From: Prolixibacteraceae bacterium
GTDB lineage: Bacteria; Bacteroidota; Bacteroidia; Bacteroidales; Prolixibacteraceae
Assembly: GCA_963663005.2 (NCBI GenBank)
Contig: CAXXHH010000008.1
Span: 213,229 to 277,228 of the forward strand
Length of the DNA stretch: 64,000 nucleotides
Direction: 5' to 3'
Of the stretch, positions 17,229-25,732 are shown one piece after another. A program made the position numbers and the translations under genes. The notes beneath the pieces are model-generated. The model was not told the origin of the DNA and searched no databases. It saw nothing but the letters and a program-made list of their open reading frames with translations. Numbering within the stretch: position 1 is the stretch's first letter; every line of letters starts with the position of its first letter.

Positions 17229-18452
17229 ATGAAAAAAATTTATACCGTATTCCTGCTGCTGGCAGCATTTTTCTTCCTCTCAACAGGTCAGGTTCAGGCT
17301 GCTAATTACAAGGCATTGATCGTTACCGGTCAAAGCAATCACTACTGGGAAGGTTCGTATCCAATCCTGCAAGAGTTGCTGATTCAGACCAACCTGTTTA
17401 CCGTCGATGTAGTTAAAACACCTGCCAAAGGTGGGGATATGTCGGCCTTTCAACCGGATTTCAAGAAATACAACATCGTGGTAATAGATTATAATGGCGA
17501 GTCCTGGTCAGAAAAAACGAAAACAGCATTTCTGGATTTCGTGAATAATGGCGGAGGAGTGGTCATTTACCATGAAGCCGACAACTCATTTGCCGACTGG
17601 AAAGAGTACAATAAAATCATCGGTATTGGTGGGTGGAATGGCCGCTCTGCCAAGGATGGCCCTTATGTTTATTATAAGAGGAATAAATTGGTTATTGATT
17701 CGGTATCGACCGGCCCGACTGGCTCACACGGACCTCAGCATGAATATGTTGTAAGAACCAGAAATGCCGAACATCCAATCATGAAAGGACTTCCGACCTC
17801 CTGGATTCACGGGAAAGATGAACTTTACAGCACCCTTCGCGGGCCTGCTAAAAACATGGATATTCTGGCTACAGCTTACGCGGATACTTCCAAAAAGGGA
17901 ACCGGCAGGGACGAACCCATGCTGATGACCCTCCAATATGGCAAAGGAAGAATTTTCCACACCGCGCTGGGTCATGTCGGTAAAGACGAGACACATCCTG
18001 CCACTGAATGCGTCGGATTCATCGTGACTTTCCAACGCGGCGCCGAATGGGTCGCTTCAGGTAAGGTAACCCAGCAAATACCACTCGATTTCCCAAATAT
18101 GGCAGGTTCCGTGTTGAGGCCTGATTATAAAGAAACAACGCTGGCTGATGATATCGAAAAAATTTCCACCTACACCATTGACAGAAGTACCCGCTTTTTC
18201 ACTGATCTTCAGGGAAGAATCCGCAGAGTCAGCGGAAATCCTGCCGCCTTGCTGGATATTGAAAAGAAGATGGTCAAAGTCTTGCAAGACAACGACGCTA
18301 CCGTGGAAGGTAAGAAACTCCTTCTGAAAGAACTCGCCTGGATGGGTTCTAACTACTGCGTTCCTGCTGTTCAGGATCTGCTTAAAAATGCCGATCTGAA
18401 GGAAGCCGCTGCGTTTACCCTCGAGAGAATGAAAGGCCCCCGCAAAATCTGA
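17229..18452 (+). CDS. ThuA-domain protein with C-terminal HEAT-like repeats, secreted
   Basis: Signal peptide. ThuA-like core (ALIVTGQSNHYWEG, VIDYNGE, GGGVVIYHEADNSF, WKEYNKIIG). The C-terminal roughly 100 aa are helical repeats (LLKELAWMG..AVQDLLKNADLKEAAAFTL). Confidence 0.8.
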   Translation: MKKIYTVFLLLAAFFFLSTGQVQAANYKALIVTGQSNHYWEGSYPILQELLIQTNLFTVDVVKTPAKGGDMSAFQPDFKKYNIVVIDYNGESWSEKTKTAFLDFVNNGGGVVIYHEADNSFADWKEYNKIIGIGGWNGRSAKDGPYVYYKRNKLVIDSVSTGPTGSHGPQHEYVVRTRNAEHPIMKGLPTSWIHGKDELYSTLRGPAKNMDILATAYADTSKKGTGRDEPMLMTLQYGKGRIFHTALGHVGKDETHPATECVGFIVTFQRGAEWVASGKVTQQIPLDFPNMAGSVLRPDYKETTLADDIEKISTYTIDRSTRFFTDLQGRIRRVSGNPAALLDIEKKMVKVLQDNDATVEGKKLLLKELAWMGSNYCVPAVQDLLKNADLKEAAAFTLERMKGPRKI

Positions 18453-18492
18453 TCGTACTATCAGTAGTTTGCTAGTTAGAATTTTGTAATTT

Positions 18493-18540
18493 AGGCGTCT
18501 GTACACCACGTAACACAATGGTGTACAGACGCCTTTCTCT
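18493..18540 (+). terminator. Strong rho-independent terminator ending the 10.9-18.5 kb cluster
   Basis: Perfect 16-bp stem AGGCGTCTGTACACCA/TGGTGTACAGACGCCT (18493-18508 / 18519-18534), 10-nt loop, then TTCTCT. Confidence 0.75.
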
Positions 18541-18668
18541 CACGAAAACAGGATTGTTACCAAAATGATAGTCCGGTCGTTCGTTGGGAATTCGCAATCA
18601 TTTTTCGATCTTTTTGACGTGTGCCCTGGCTCTTACCCGTTAACTCGTAATTCCTAATTCGTAATTAA

Positions 18669-19598
18669 ATGTTTTCCCTCGTCATCCCAGTCTTTAACGA
18701 AGAACAGTTAATCGATGATCTGGTCTCCCGGGTTGTGGCATCGGTAAATTTATTTGCCGTCGACTATGAGCTACTCTTCATTGACGACGGAAGTACCGAC
18801 AGAACCGTTGAAAAACTCCTAAAGCACAGACTCACAAACAAGAAAATAAAGATTGTATCCCTGTCGAAAAATTTCGGACACCAGGCTGCCTTCACGGCCG
18901 GACTGGAACTATCCACCGGAGACATTGTTGCCATGATGGACGGAGACCTGCAGGATCCGCCGGAACTGCTGGAAAAGATGTACCGGAAAATCCGGGAGGA
19001 AGGTTACGACATCGTTAGCGGAAAAAGAACCGGAACAAAAGGACGCACCCAGCGTACCTTTTATACCCTTCTTTTTCATGTGGTTTTCAAATACATGGCC
19101 GGACTCGAAAATATGGAGAATGCCGGGAATTTTTCCATGATGACGCGCGAAGCAGTTCAGGCACTCCTTTCCATGAAAGAAAAAGTTCGCTATATGCCCG
19201 GACTACGCTCATTCATCGGTTTTAATCAGGGAAGTGTTGAATACATCCGGGAAGACCGGTTTCAGGGCGAACCCAAAATGAGCTTGTCCAAACTCTTTGC
19301 GCTGGCCAACGATGCCATCTTTTCTTTTTCCCGGTTTCCCATCCGGCTCTGCCTATATCTTGGCATCCTGGGCACCGTAGTCTTCATGTCGGCCGGCATC
19401 TACGTTCTGGTCGACAAAATTCTTGGTCTCGCCATAATCGGATGGTCTTCCACTCTTCTAAGCATCTATTTCCTGGGCTCAATTCAGCTGATCTTCCTGG
19501 GAATCGTCGGAGAATATGTTTTCCGTATCTACAAAGAATCTCAAAACCGGCCGATCTATTTTATCCGAAAAATCCATGAAGATCCTTCCAATCCGTGA
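18669..19598 (+). CDS. GT2 polyprenyl-phosphate glycosyltransferase (ArnC/GtrB/DPM1-like)
   Basis: FSLVIPVFNEE, FIDDGSTD, MDGDLQDPP, and two C-terminal TM helices. Confidence 0.9.
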   Translation: MFSLVIPVFNEEQLIDDLVSRVVASVNLFAVDYELLFIDDGSTDRTVEKLLKHRLTNKKIKIVSLSKNFGHQAAFTAGLELSTGDIVAMMDGDLQDPPELLEKMYRKIREEGYDIVSGKRTGTKGRTQRTFYTLLFHVVFKYMAGLENMENAGNFSMMTREAVQALLSMKEKVRYMPGLRSFIGFNQGSVEYIREDRFQGEPKMSLSKLFALANDAIFSFSRFPIRLCLYLGILGTVVFMSAGIYVLVDKILGLAIIGWSSTLLSIYFLGSIQLIFLGIVGEYVFRIYKESQNRPIYFIRKIHEDPSNP

Positions 19599-21663
19599 GG
19601 GAATAACGGGTAAATCCCTATTCAACCTCGCCGCCTTCCTGCTGCTGATCTTCATACTCTTCAGCGCCAATAAGGCCGGCATCTCCGGCGACGAGGAGGT
19701 TCACTACAATCAGTCAGTCAGTGTTTACAACTATTTCTCCTCCCTGGGTGTCAATAACAGTGCGCTGAATACGCCTGTCACCCATCTTAAATACTACGGA
19801 CAATCGTTCGACAACATAACCACCATCCTGATACGTTGGTTCGGAATTGAAGATATCTACAGTTTCAGACATCTGATGAACAGCTTTGCCGCCTGGTTGA
19901 CAATTCTGCTCTCCGCGCTTCTTGCTGTTTGGCTTTCCGGGTACGAGGCCGGATTTCTTACCCTCATTCTATTCGCGTTATCTCCTACTTTTCTGGGTCA
20001 CGCACAGAATAATCTGAAGGATATCCCATTTGCGCTTGCTTACATTGCGGGCTCTCTTTACATGCTAAAATGGCTCTTCGCTAAAAAACCATCTCTGGTT
20101 AATTCGTTGCTTCTCATCTTCTCAATCGCATTTTGCATCGGCATTCGTCCGGGCGGACTGGTTTTAATCTGTTATCTCCTGCTTTTTTTCCTGATCAAAG
20201 AGGTAATTGCCTTCCGAAAAAATGCAAGATATAACACGGCATTCCTTCGCAACAAATTGATATCCATCGGATTCATTATTTTCCTTTCCTATCTCCTGGG
20301 AATCCTTCTTTGGCCATTCGTACTAAAATACCCGGTCACCGGTTTTTGGGAATCCTACAAAGTTATGACCCAGTTTCCGACAACTGTCCGGCAAATTTTT
20401 GAAGGCAGATTCGAATGGTCCGATTTCATGCCATGGTACTATCTTCCCAAACTGATGCTCATCACAATCCCACTCGTGGTCTGGGCCGGAATCCTTTGTT
20501 TTATCTCCCTTCCGGGGAAAGCCCTAAAGAAAGAGTGGTTAAAATATACCTTTTTGTTGTTCACAATCCTCTTCCCAATCCTGTTTGTAATTTATGAACG
20601 ATCCAACCTGTACGGCTCCTGGCGACATTTTCTATTTATCTATCCTGGAATCGTTGTCCTTTCTGCCACAGGAATCTGGAATCTTCTGCGGTTTTTTAAG
20701 TCTGCCGTAAAAAAGGGAATAATTCTCCTGATAGTTTTTCTACTTGCCCTGCATCCTATCGATTTCATGGCACGAAATTATCCCTACTATTACCTCTATT
20801 ACAATCAATTAGTCGGCGGACTGAAAGGTGCATACGGCAAGTACGAAACGGATTATTACTACCATTCCGTCCGGGAAGGATCAGAATGGCTGATTGGATA
20901 TTTGAAGCAGAACAATCCGTCCGACAGTCTGAAAATTGGCTCCAATTTTCCGGCAGATTGGTTCTTCCGAAAGGAGAAAAACCTCTCTTCCACATATTTC
21001 ATGTATAGCGAGAGAAGCCAGCATGACTGGGATTTTTACATCGTTGCCAACAGTTACATCTCGCCAACTCTTCTTAAAAATGGAAACTGGCCTCCTAAAA
21101 ATGCGATCAAAATAATTAAAGCAGACGGAATCCCGATCTGTGCAATTTTAAAAAGAGAAAACAAGGATGATCTTCTTGGATTCCAGGCATATAATCGAAA
21201 CTCGCTGCAAGAAGCCACAAAATTCTTTGAAGATGCCATTAGAAAGGGGTGTCAGGATGAAATAATCTTTTATAATTTTGCGTCGGTATGCTACAAATCG
21301 GGTGACAAAGAAAAAGCAACCACTTTATTGCAGAAGGGGTTGGAAATTAATCCGGATTGTGAACGTATTCTGATGCTTCAGGCAAACATTTTTGCTGAAG
21401 TGAAAAAGTTTGATCAGGCTGCAGAATTATACCAAAAGGTGATACGGGTAAACCGGAAATATTTTGACGCTTATCCTGCGCTGGCAAAGATTTGGATAAA
21501 TCAGGGCGAGCTAAAAAAAGCCCGGAAGCTGCTGAAGGATTGTTTGATGATGAGCCCCAAAAATAAGGCGGCCATTCTTGCTTTGGCCGACAGTTACAGA
21601 AAGAGCGATCCCGATGTAGCAAAAAAGTATGAAGAATTAGCCCTTCAACTTCCAACTGATTGA
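19576..21663 (+). CDS. GT-C fold glycosyltransferase (GT39/ArnT/PMT-like) with C-terminal TPR domain
   Basis: ATG at 19576 (MKILPIREG..), overlapping the GT2 stop by 23 nt. About 11 TM segments with a GDEE motif in the first loop. The last roughly 190 aa are TPR repeats. Confidence 0.8.
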   Translation: MKILPIREGITGKSLFNLAAFLLLIFILFSANKAGISGDEEVHYNQSVSVYNYFSSLGVNNSALNTPVTHLKYYGQSFDNITTILIRWFGIEDIYSFRHLMNSFAAWLTILLSALLAVWLSGYEAGFLTLILFALSPTFLGHAQNNLKDIPFALAYIAGSLYMLKWLFAKKPSLVNSLLLIFSIAFCIGIRPGGLVLICYLLLFFLIKEVIAFRKNARYNTAFLRNKLISIGFIIFLSYLLGILLWPFVLKYPVTGFWESYKVMTQFPTTVRQIFEGRFEWSDFMPWYYLPKLMLITIPLVVWAGILCFISLPGKALKKEWLKYTFLLFTILFPILFVIYERSNLYGSWRHFLFIYPGIVVLSATGIWNLLRFFKSAVKKGIILLIVFLLALHPIDFMARNYPYYYLYYNQLVGGLKGAYGKYETDYYYHSVREGSEWLIGYLKQNNPSDSLKIGSNFPADWFFRKEKNLSSTYFMYSERSQHDWDFYIVANSYISPTLLKNGNWPPKNAIKIIKADGIPICAILKRENKDDLLGFQAYNRNSLQEATKFFEDAIRKGCQDEIIFYNFASVCYKSGDKEKATTLLQKGLEINPDCERILMLQANIFAEVKKFDQAAELYQKVIRVNRKYFDAYPALAKIWINQGELKKARKLLKDCLMMSPKNKAAILALADSYRKSDPDVAKKYEELALQLPTD

Positions 21664-21718
21664 AATTTGGAAAGTTTAGATTTTAAATATTTTACCGGAA
21701 TCAAATAAATTAATAGAA

Positions 21719-21970
21719 ATGAAAAAGTACATCGTTCGTTTGACACTGGCAGGAATCCTGCTCATGAACATCGCCGCTCTCTCAATGGCTCAACTGCCAA
21801 AAGCGGATAAGGACACCGTAAATGCGGATAAAGCTGCAAAACCTGTTTTCTATCAGGCAACTGAAGAGGAAAATTCATCAAAGGGAAATAACTCCACACT
21901 TATTGGTGTTGTTGTTGGTGTAATTGTTGCAGGTGGCATCGTTTTGCTTCGTAGAAAGAAAAAGCAATAG
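21719..21970 (+). CDS. Small bitopic protein (signal peptide, hydrophilic segment, C-terminal TM anchor with RRKKKQ tail)
   Basis: 83-aa ORF with a clear signal peptide and a C-terminal hydrophobic helix. No recognisable family. Confidence 0.5.
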   Translation: MKKYIVRLTLAGILLMNIAALSMAQLPKADKDTVNADKAAKPVFYQATEEENSSKGNNSTLIGVVVGVIVAGGIVLLRRKKKQ

Positions 21971-22007
21971 TTACTCCAGGCTCTGATCGTCAATGTTACT
22001 TTGTCGA

Positions 22008-23051
22008 TTATTCCAGGTACAAACTTTTTTTACTTCTGGGCAGCGCTTCTCCGATAATCGCAGATTCGGGTAAGCCTGCCTTTGTTTTTAACTGCTCCAA
22101 CAGTTCAGTTGCCCTTTCGGCAGGCACCGCCATCAGCAAACCGCCCGATGTCTGTGCATCACAACACAACATTTTCCGTTCATAGGCCAAGTTTGAACCA
22201 AAACTGGTACTTCCCCTTACAAACTCCAGATTTCTGAAGGCAGCGCCGGGAATACAGCCATCTTCAAGCAATGTTATTGACTCCGGGAAATGAGGTAAAC
22301 TACCGGAATAAATCCTCAGCGTCACGTTACTTGCGTCTGCCATCCGCATTGCATGCCCCAAAAGGCCAAATCCTGTAATATCCGTTGCTCCTTTCAGGTT
22401 GAACATTTGCATCGCCTCTGCCCCACTCTTATTCAATTGCTTCATACAATCCAATGCCTTGCGCACTGTCAGTTCATCTGTCATCTTACTTCGTTGTCCG
22501 GCCAGAATCACGCCCGTTCCAAGTGGTTTTGTCAGAATCAGAACATCGCCTGCTCTGACACCCGAGTTAGTGATTAACCTATCGGGATGAACAGTTCCAA
22601 CAACTGCCAGTCCGAATTTTGGGGGAAAGTCCTCTATCGTGTGACCGCCCAGAACCAACGCCCCCGCTTCAACAACCTTGTCGTGCCCTCCCTGCAAAAT
22701 GGCTCCAAAAATAGAAAGTGGAATTTTCGAGGCCGAAAACATCATAAGGTTTAAGGCCAGAAGCGGCGTGCCTCCCATTGCATAAACATCACTAAGGGCA
22801 TTAGCAGCAGCAATCTGCCCAAACTCATATCCGTCACTACAAACAGGAGGGAAGAAATCGGTAGTATAGATCAGAGCTGTCTCATCGTTAAGCTTATAAA
22901 CACCTGCATCATCATGGGTTTCAATGCCTACCATCAGATTGGGATGCTCCACTTTTGGCAACTTCGCAAGGATCTCCCCCAACTGAACAGGCGACAGCTT
23001 GGCGGAACAACCACCCTGCTCAACAGTCGATAACAAATCAAAATCAATCAT
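22008..23051 (-). CDS. selD: Selenide, water dikinase (selenophosphate synthetase), Cys-type
   Basis: N-terminal QGGCSAKLSP (Cys at the Sec/Cys position), and an AIR-synthase-like fold with DDAGVY and GGHTIED. Confidence 0.95.
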   Translation of the reverse strand: MIDFDLLSTVEQGGCSAKLSPVQLGEILAKLPKVEHPNLMVGIETHDDAGVYKLNDETALIYTTDFFPPVCSDGYEFGQIAAANALSDVYAMGGTPLLALNLMMFSASKIPLSIFGAILQGGHDKVVEAGALVLGGHTIEDFPPKFGLAVVGTVHPDRLITNSGVRAGDVLILTKPLGTGVILAGQRSKMTDELTVRKALDCMKQLNKSGAEAMQMFNLKGATDITGFGLLGHAMRMADASNVTLRIYSGSLPHFPESITLLEDGCIPGAAFRNLEFVRGSTSFGSNLAYERKMLCCDAQTSGGLLMAVPAERATELLEQLKTKAGLPESAIIGEALPRSKKSLYLE

Positions 23052-23086
23052 AGGTCACAAAAGTAGGAAATTAACTCCTTCGCGGA

Positions 23087-23636
23087 CCACAGATTACACA
23101 AATTACACAGATCGGGGATTTTGAAAATTGACAATTTGTTCTTTCGTTTCGTGCATTTGCCTTAACTTGGAGTAAGAGATTTTATAATGCAAAATTTGAA
23201 GAATGGAAGAAGACTATCTATATCGAGATGAGAGTTATTTAATTATTGGCTGTTGCATGGAGGTGCATAAACAACTTGGTTGTGGATTCAAGGAGGCGGT
23301 TTATCAGGAGGCTCTGGAAATGGAACTTATCAATAAGGGTATATTTTTCGAACGAGAAAAGAGATTAAAAATTTATTACAAAGGAACCCTGCTACGAAAA
23401 AAATATTATTCGGATTTTATATGCTTTGATAAAATTATCGTGGAACTCAAGGCTGTTAAAGAGTTTACCGATATTCATAAGGCACAATTATTCAACTATT
23501 TGAAAGCCTCTGAGCATCGACTGGGACTATTGATTAATTTTGGATCAACTTCCCTACAGTATAAACGATTTATTTTCTGACAATTTTCAACCTTTAGTCC
23601 TACAAGAATAATCTGTGTAATTCGTGTAATCTGTGG
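23087..23636 (+). mobile_element. Inverted-repeat-bounded GxxExxY gene cassette
   Basis: 26-nt inverted repeats: CCACAGATTACACAAATTACACAGAT (23087-23112) and its reverse complement with one mismatch (23611-23636). An inner IR TTGAAAATTGACA / TGACAATTTTCAA lies at about 23121-23133 / 23579-23591. The interior is visibly AT-richer than the flanking selenium genes. Confidence 0.45.
23203..23580 (+). CDS. GxxExxY protein (PD-(D/E)XK nuclease superfamily, TIGR04256-type)
   Basis: 125 aa containing GFKEAVYQEAL (G-x-x-E-x-x-Y), DFICFDKIIVELK and LLINFG blocks. Confidence 0.9.
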   Translation: MEEDYLYRDESYLIIGCCMEVHKQLGCGFKEAVYQEALEMELINKGIFFEREKRLKIYYKGTLLRKKYYSDFICFDKIIVELKAVKEFTDIHKAQLFNYLKASEHRLGLLINFGSTSLQYKRFIF

Positions 23637-23652
23637 TAAGATAGGGATCCAT

Positions 23653-23874
23653 TTACTGTAATCTCGTCACCACCATCCCTTTCTCGCCTGCAAATATTTC
23701 CAGTTTGTCGCCTGTCTCTTTCGTGGTTTCCAAACACATTCCACATTCAGTCGAATAAGGCTTTGGTACCGGAATTACCCTCACATCCAGCTTGTTCTCC
23801 ACACACCATCGCTCCGCCAAAATTACCTGACGGATATTCTGGAACAAAAAGATCTGTCTATCTCCCGGCATCAT
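23653..23874 (-). CDS. DUF3343 / putative Se-S carrier-like small protein
   Basis: 73 aa. The pattern F..I..V..AE..L....L.VRVIPVP...S.ECGMCL fits PF11823-type proteins. It overlaps the upstream desulfurase stop. Confidence 0.75.
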   Translation of the reverse strand: MMPGDRQIFLFQNIRQVILAERWCVENKLDVRVIPVPKPYSTECGMCLETTKETGDKLEIFAGEKGMVVTRLQ

Positions 23875-24976
23875 GTATTGCTTTGGACAAATAATTCAAT
23901 TCTTCCGGTGTGTGGTAAGGCGATAATGAAAACCGGCAATCCCCGGTAGGGAAAGACCCAAGATGACGATGGGCAAGGGGTGCACAGTGCAATCCGGCCC
24001 TGCATTCTATTCCCCAATCTTCATAGAATCTGAGCGCCAGATCCGATCCGCTCAGCGACTTATGAATGACGGAAAATAACTTCCCCTGATTCGCAAAATC
24101 TGCCGCACTGCGTACTACGTAGTTTGGATTCTGCCTGACCTCTTCCAACAAAGCTGCAAAATCGTCGCGGGAATGTTTGGAGACCGGCCTGTTTTTTAGC
24201 GCAGCATTTAAGCCATGAATGCCTGTGATATTTGGCGTTCCTGCTTCAAACCTGTCTGGAGCAAAGGTGGGCATTGTGAGTGAATCAGAGCCACTGCCAG
24301 TGCCGCCAAACAGCAGTGGTTCAACCATCTCCGGATGCCTGATAAATGCCCCCCCGGTTCCGGTTGGTCCCAGCAAAGACTTATGTCCGGTGAAGGCGAG
24401 AAAGTCGATACCCCAACTATCCACTTCTACCGGATGCTGGCCAAGCGACTGGCTTGCATCCACCAGCAATGGAATATCCCCGATTGCCTGCTTGATTTCC
24501 CCGGGAGACTGTGCCATCCCATTCACATTACTCATGTGGCAAACCGCCACCAAAATAGTATTCGGACGTATCTTTGAGGCAATATCTTTAATCTTGATCC
24601 GGCCATCCGGCTCGCTATCCAAAAGCTCCCATTCAATCAATCCCATCTTCCGAAGATGCTCCAGCGGTCTGGCAATGGCATTGTGCTCCATGGCAGAGGT
24701 TAAAACATGCCCTCCCTTTTTGCAAATGCCCTGAAGCATCAGGTTCAAAGCGGTGGTGGCATTGGCAGTGAAGATTATCTTTCCCCCATCCGAAGCGCCC
24801 ATCATTTCAGCCAGCAGGTCGCGACACTCTTCCACCAGTTTCGTCGATTGTAAAATTCGTGGATAAGCAGACCGACCATACGTCCCGCCTGTCTCATTCA
24901 AATGTTTAGCCATCGCCTCCGCTACCGCTGAAGGTTTGGGAAAACTTGTCGCACAATTATCAAAGTATAAATTCAT
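23858..24976 (-). CDS. Class V aminotransferase: cysteine desulfurase / selenocysteine lyase family
   Basis: PLP-lysine motif [14 protein letters not shown] and active-site loop RAGLHCAP. Confidence 0.85.
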   Translation of the reverse strand: MNLYFDNCATSFPKPSAVAEAMAKHLNETGGTYGRSAYPRILQSTKLVEECRDLLAEMMGASDGGKIIFTANATTALNLMLQGICKKGGHVLTSAMEHNAIARPLEHLRKMGLIEWELLDSEPDGRIKIKDIASKIRPNTILVAVCHMSNVNGMAQSPGEIKQAIGDIPLLVDASQSLGQHPVEVDSWGIDFLAFTGHKSLLGPTGTGGAFIRHPEMVEPLLFGGTGSGSDSLTMPTFAPDRFEAGTPNITGIHGLNAALKNRPVSKHSRDDFAALLEEVRQNPNYVVRSAADFANQGKLFSVIHKSLSGSDLALRFYEDWGIECRAGLHCAPLAHRHLGSFPTGDCRFSLSPYHTPEELNYLSKAIHDAGR

Positions 24977-25083
24977 TTCCTAATAATGTAATTGCTGTCT
25001 AGTATGCTTATAGCTTATGTAAATTGGCCATTAGCTCAAAAGAAACCCAACCATCACGACCCCGAAATCTGCATACTCATCAA

Positions 25084-25119
25084 CCCCAATCGAAAATCCA
25101 AAATCGAAAATCGAAAATT
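25084..25119. repeat. Period-8 CCAAAATC-type intergenic repeat, copy 2
   Basis: The sequence is CCCCAATCGAAAATCCAAAATCGAAAATCGAAAATT. It lies between the yedF stop and the desulfurase start. Confidence 0.8.
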
Positions 25120-25126
25120 CCTCTTC

Positions 25127-25732
25127 TTATGGTTTCACGACATGCCCCGTCCTGGCCATGGTCTCGGTAATCGTAAACATATTCGAGATTTTTCCAACCG
25201 ATAGTTGTTCCTTCAGACCGTAAAAATCGATACAGGTTCCGCAGACCAAAATCTCAACGCCACTCTCCGCAAGGGTCTGCAAGGAGGTGATAACTCCCGA
25301 ATCTTTGATGGTCAATTTAACTCCTGAGTTATAAAACAGCAGATGTGTGGGCAATATCGGCTGTTCATTTAAGGCATTCAAAAATCCCTTCATCAGGATT
25401 GTACCAAGCTGGGGATCGCCCTCCCCCATCTTGTCGCTGCTGACAACAACCACATATGCCGACGAACATATACCCGGATCAATGCTGCAAGAATCTGCCT
25501 CATCACTACTTTTAACCTTTTGATTTACAACCTCAATCCGAAAAATTCCGTTCTCTTCGACACCTATCGGCTCAAGCGACTGATCCTTCAGATAGGTCAT
25601 AATATTTTGATAGGCAGTCTGGTTGTCGCACTCAATTTTTAGGGTCTCTCCCGGCAAACAACTCCTTAGAGCCTTCCTTGTCAAAATCAGCGGCTGTGGG
25701 CATAACAGCCCCTTTCCATCTACTTCGTGCAT
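25127..25732 (-). CDS. yedF: Sulfurtransferase-like selenium metabolism protein YedF
   Basis: N-terminal TusA-like domain with the GLLCPQPL (CPxP) motif, plus a C-terminal DsrE-like domain. Confidence 0.85.
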   Translation of the reverse strand: MHEVDGKGLLCPQPLILTRKALRSCLPGETLKIECDNQTAYQNIMTYLKDQSLEPIGVEENGIFRIEVVNQKVKSSDEADSCSIDPGICSSAYVVVVSSDKMGEGDPQLGTILMKGFLNALNEQPILPTHLLFYNSGVKLTIKDSGVITSLQTLAESGVEILVCGTCIDFYGLKEQLSVGKISNMFTITETMARTGHVVKP

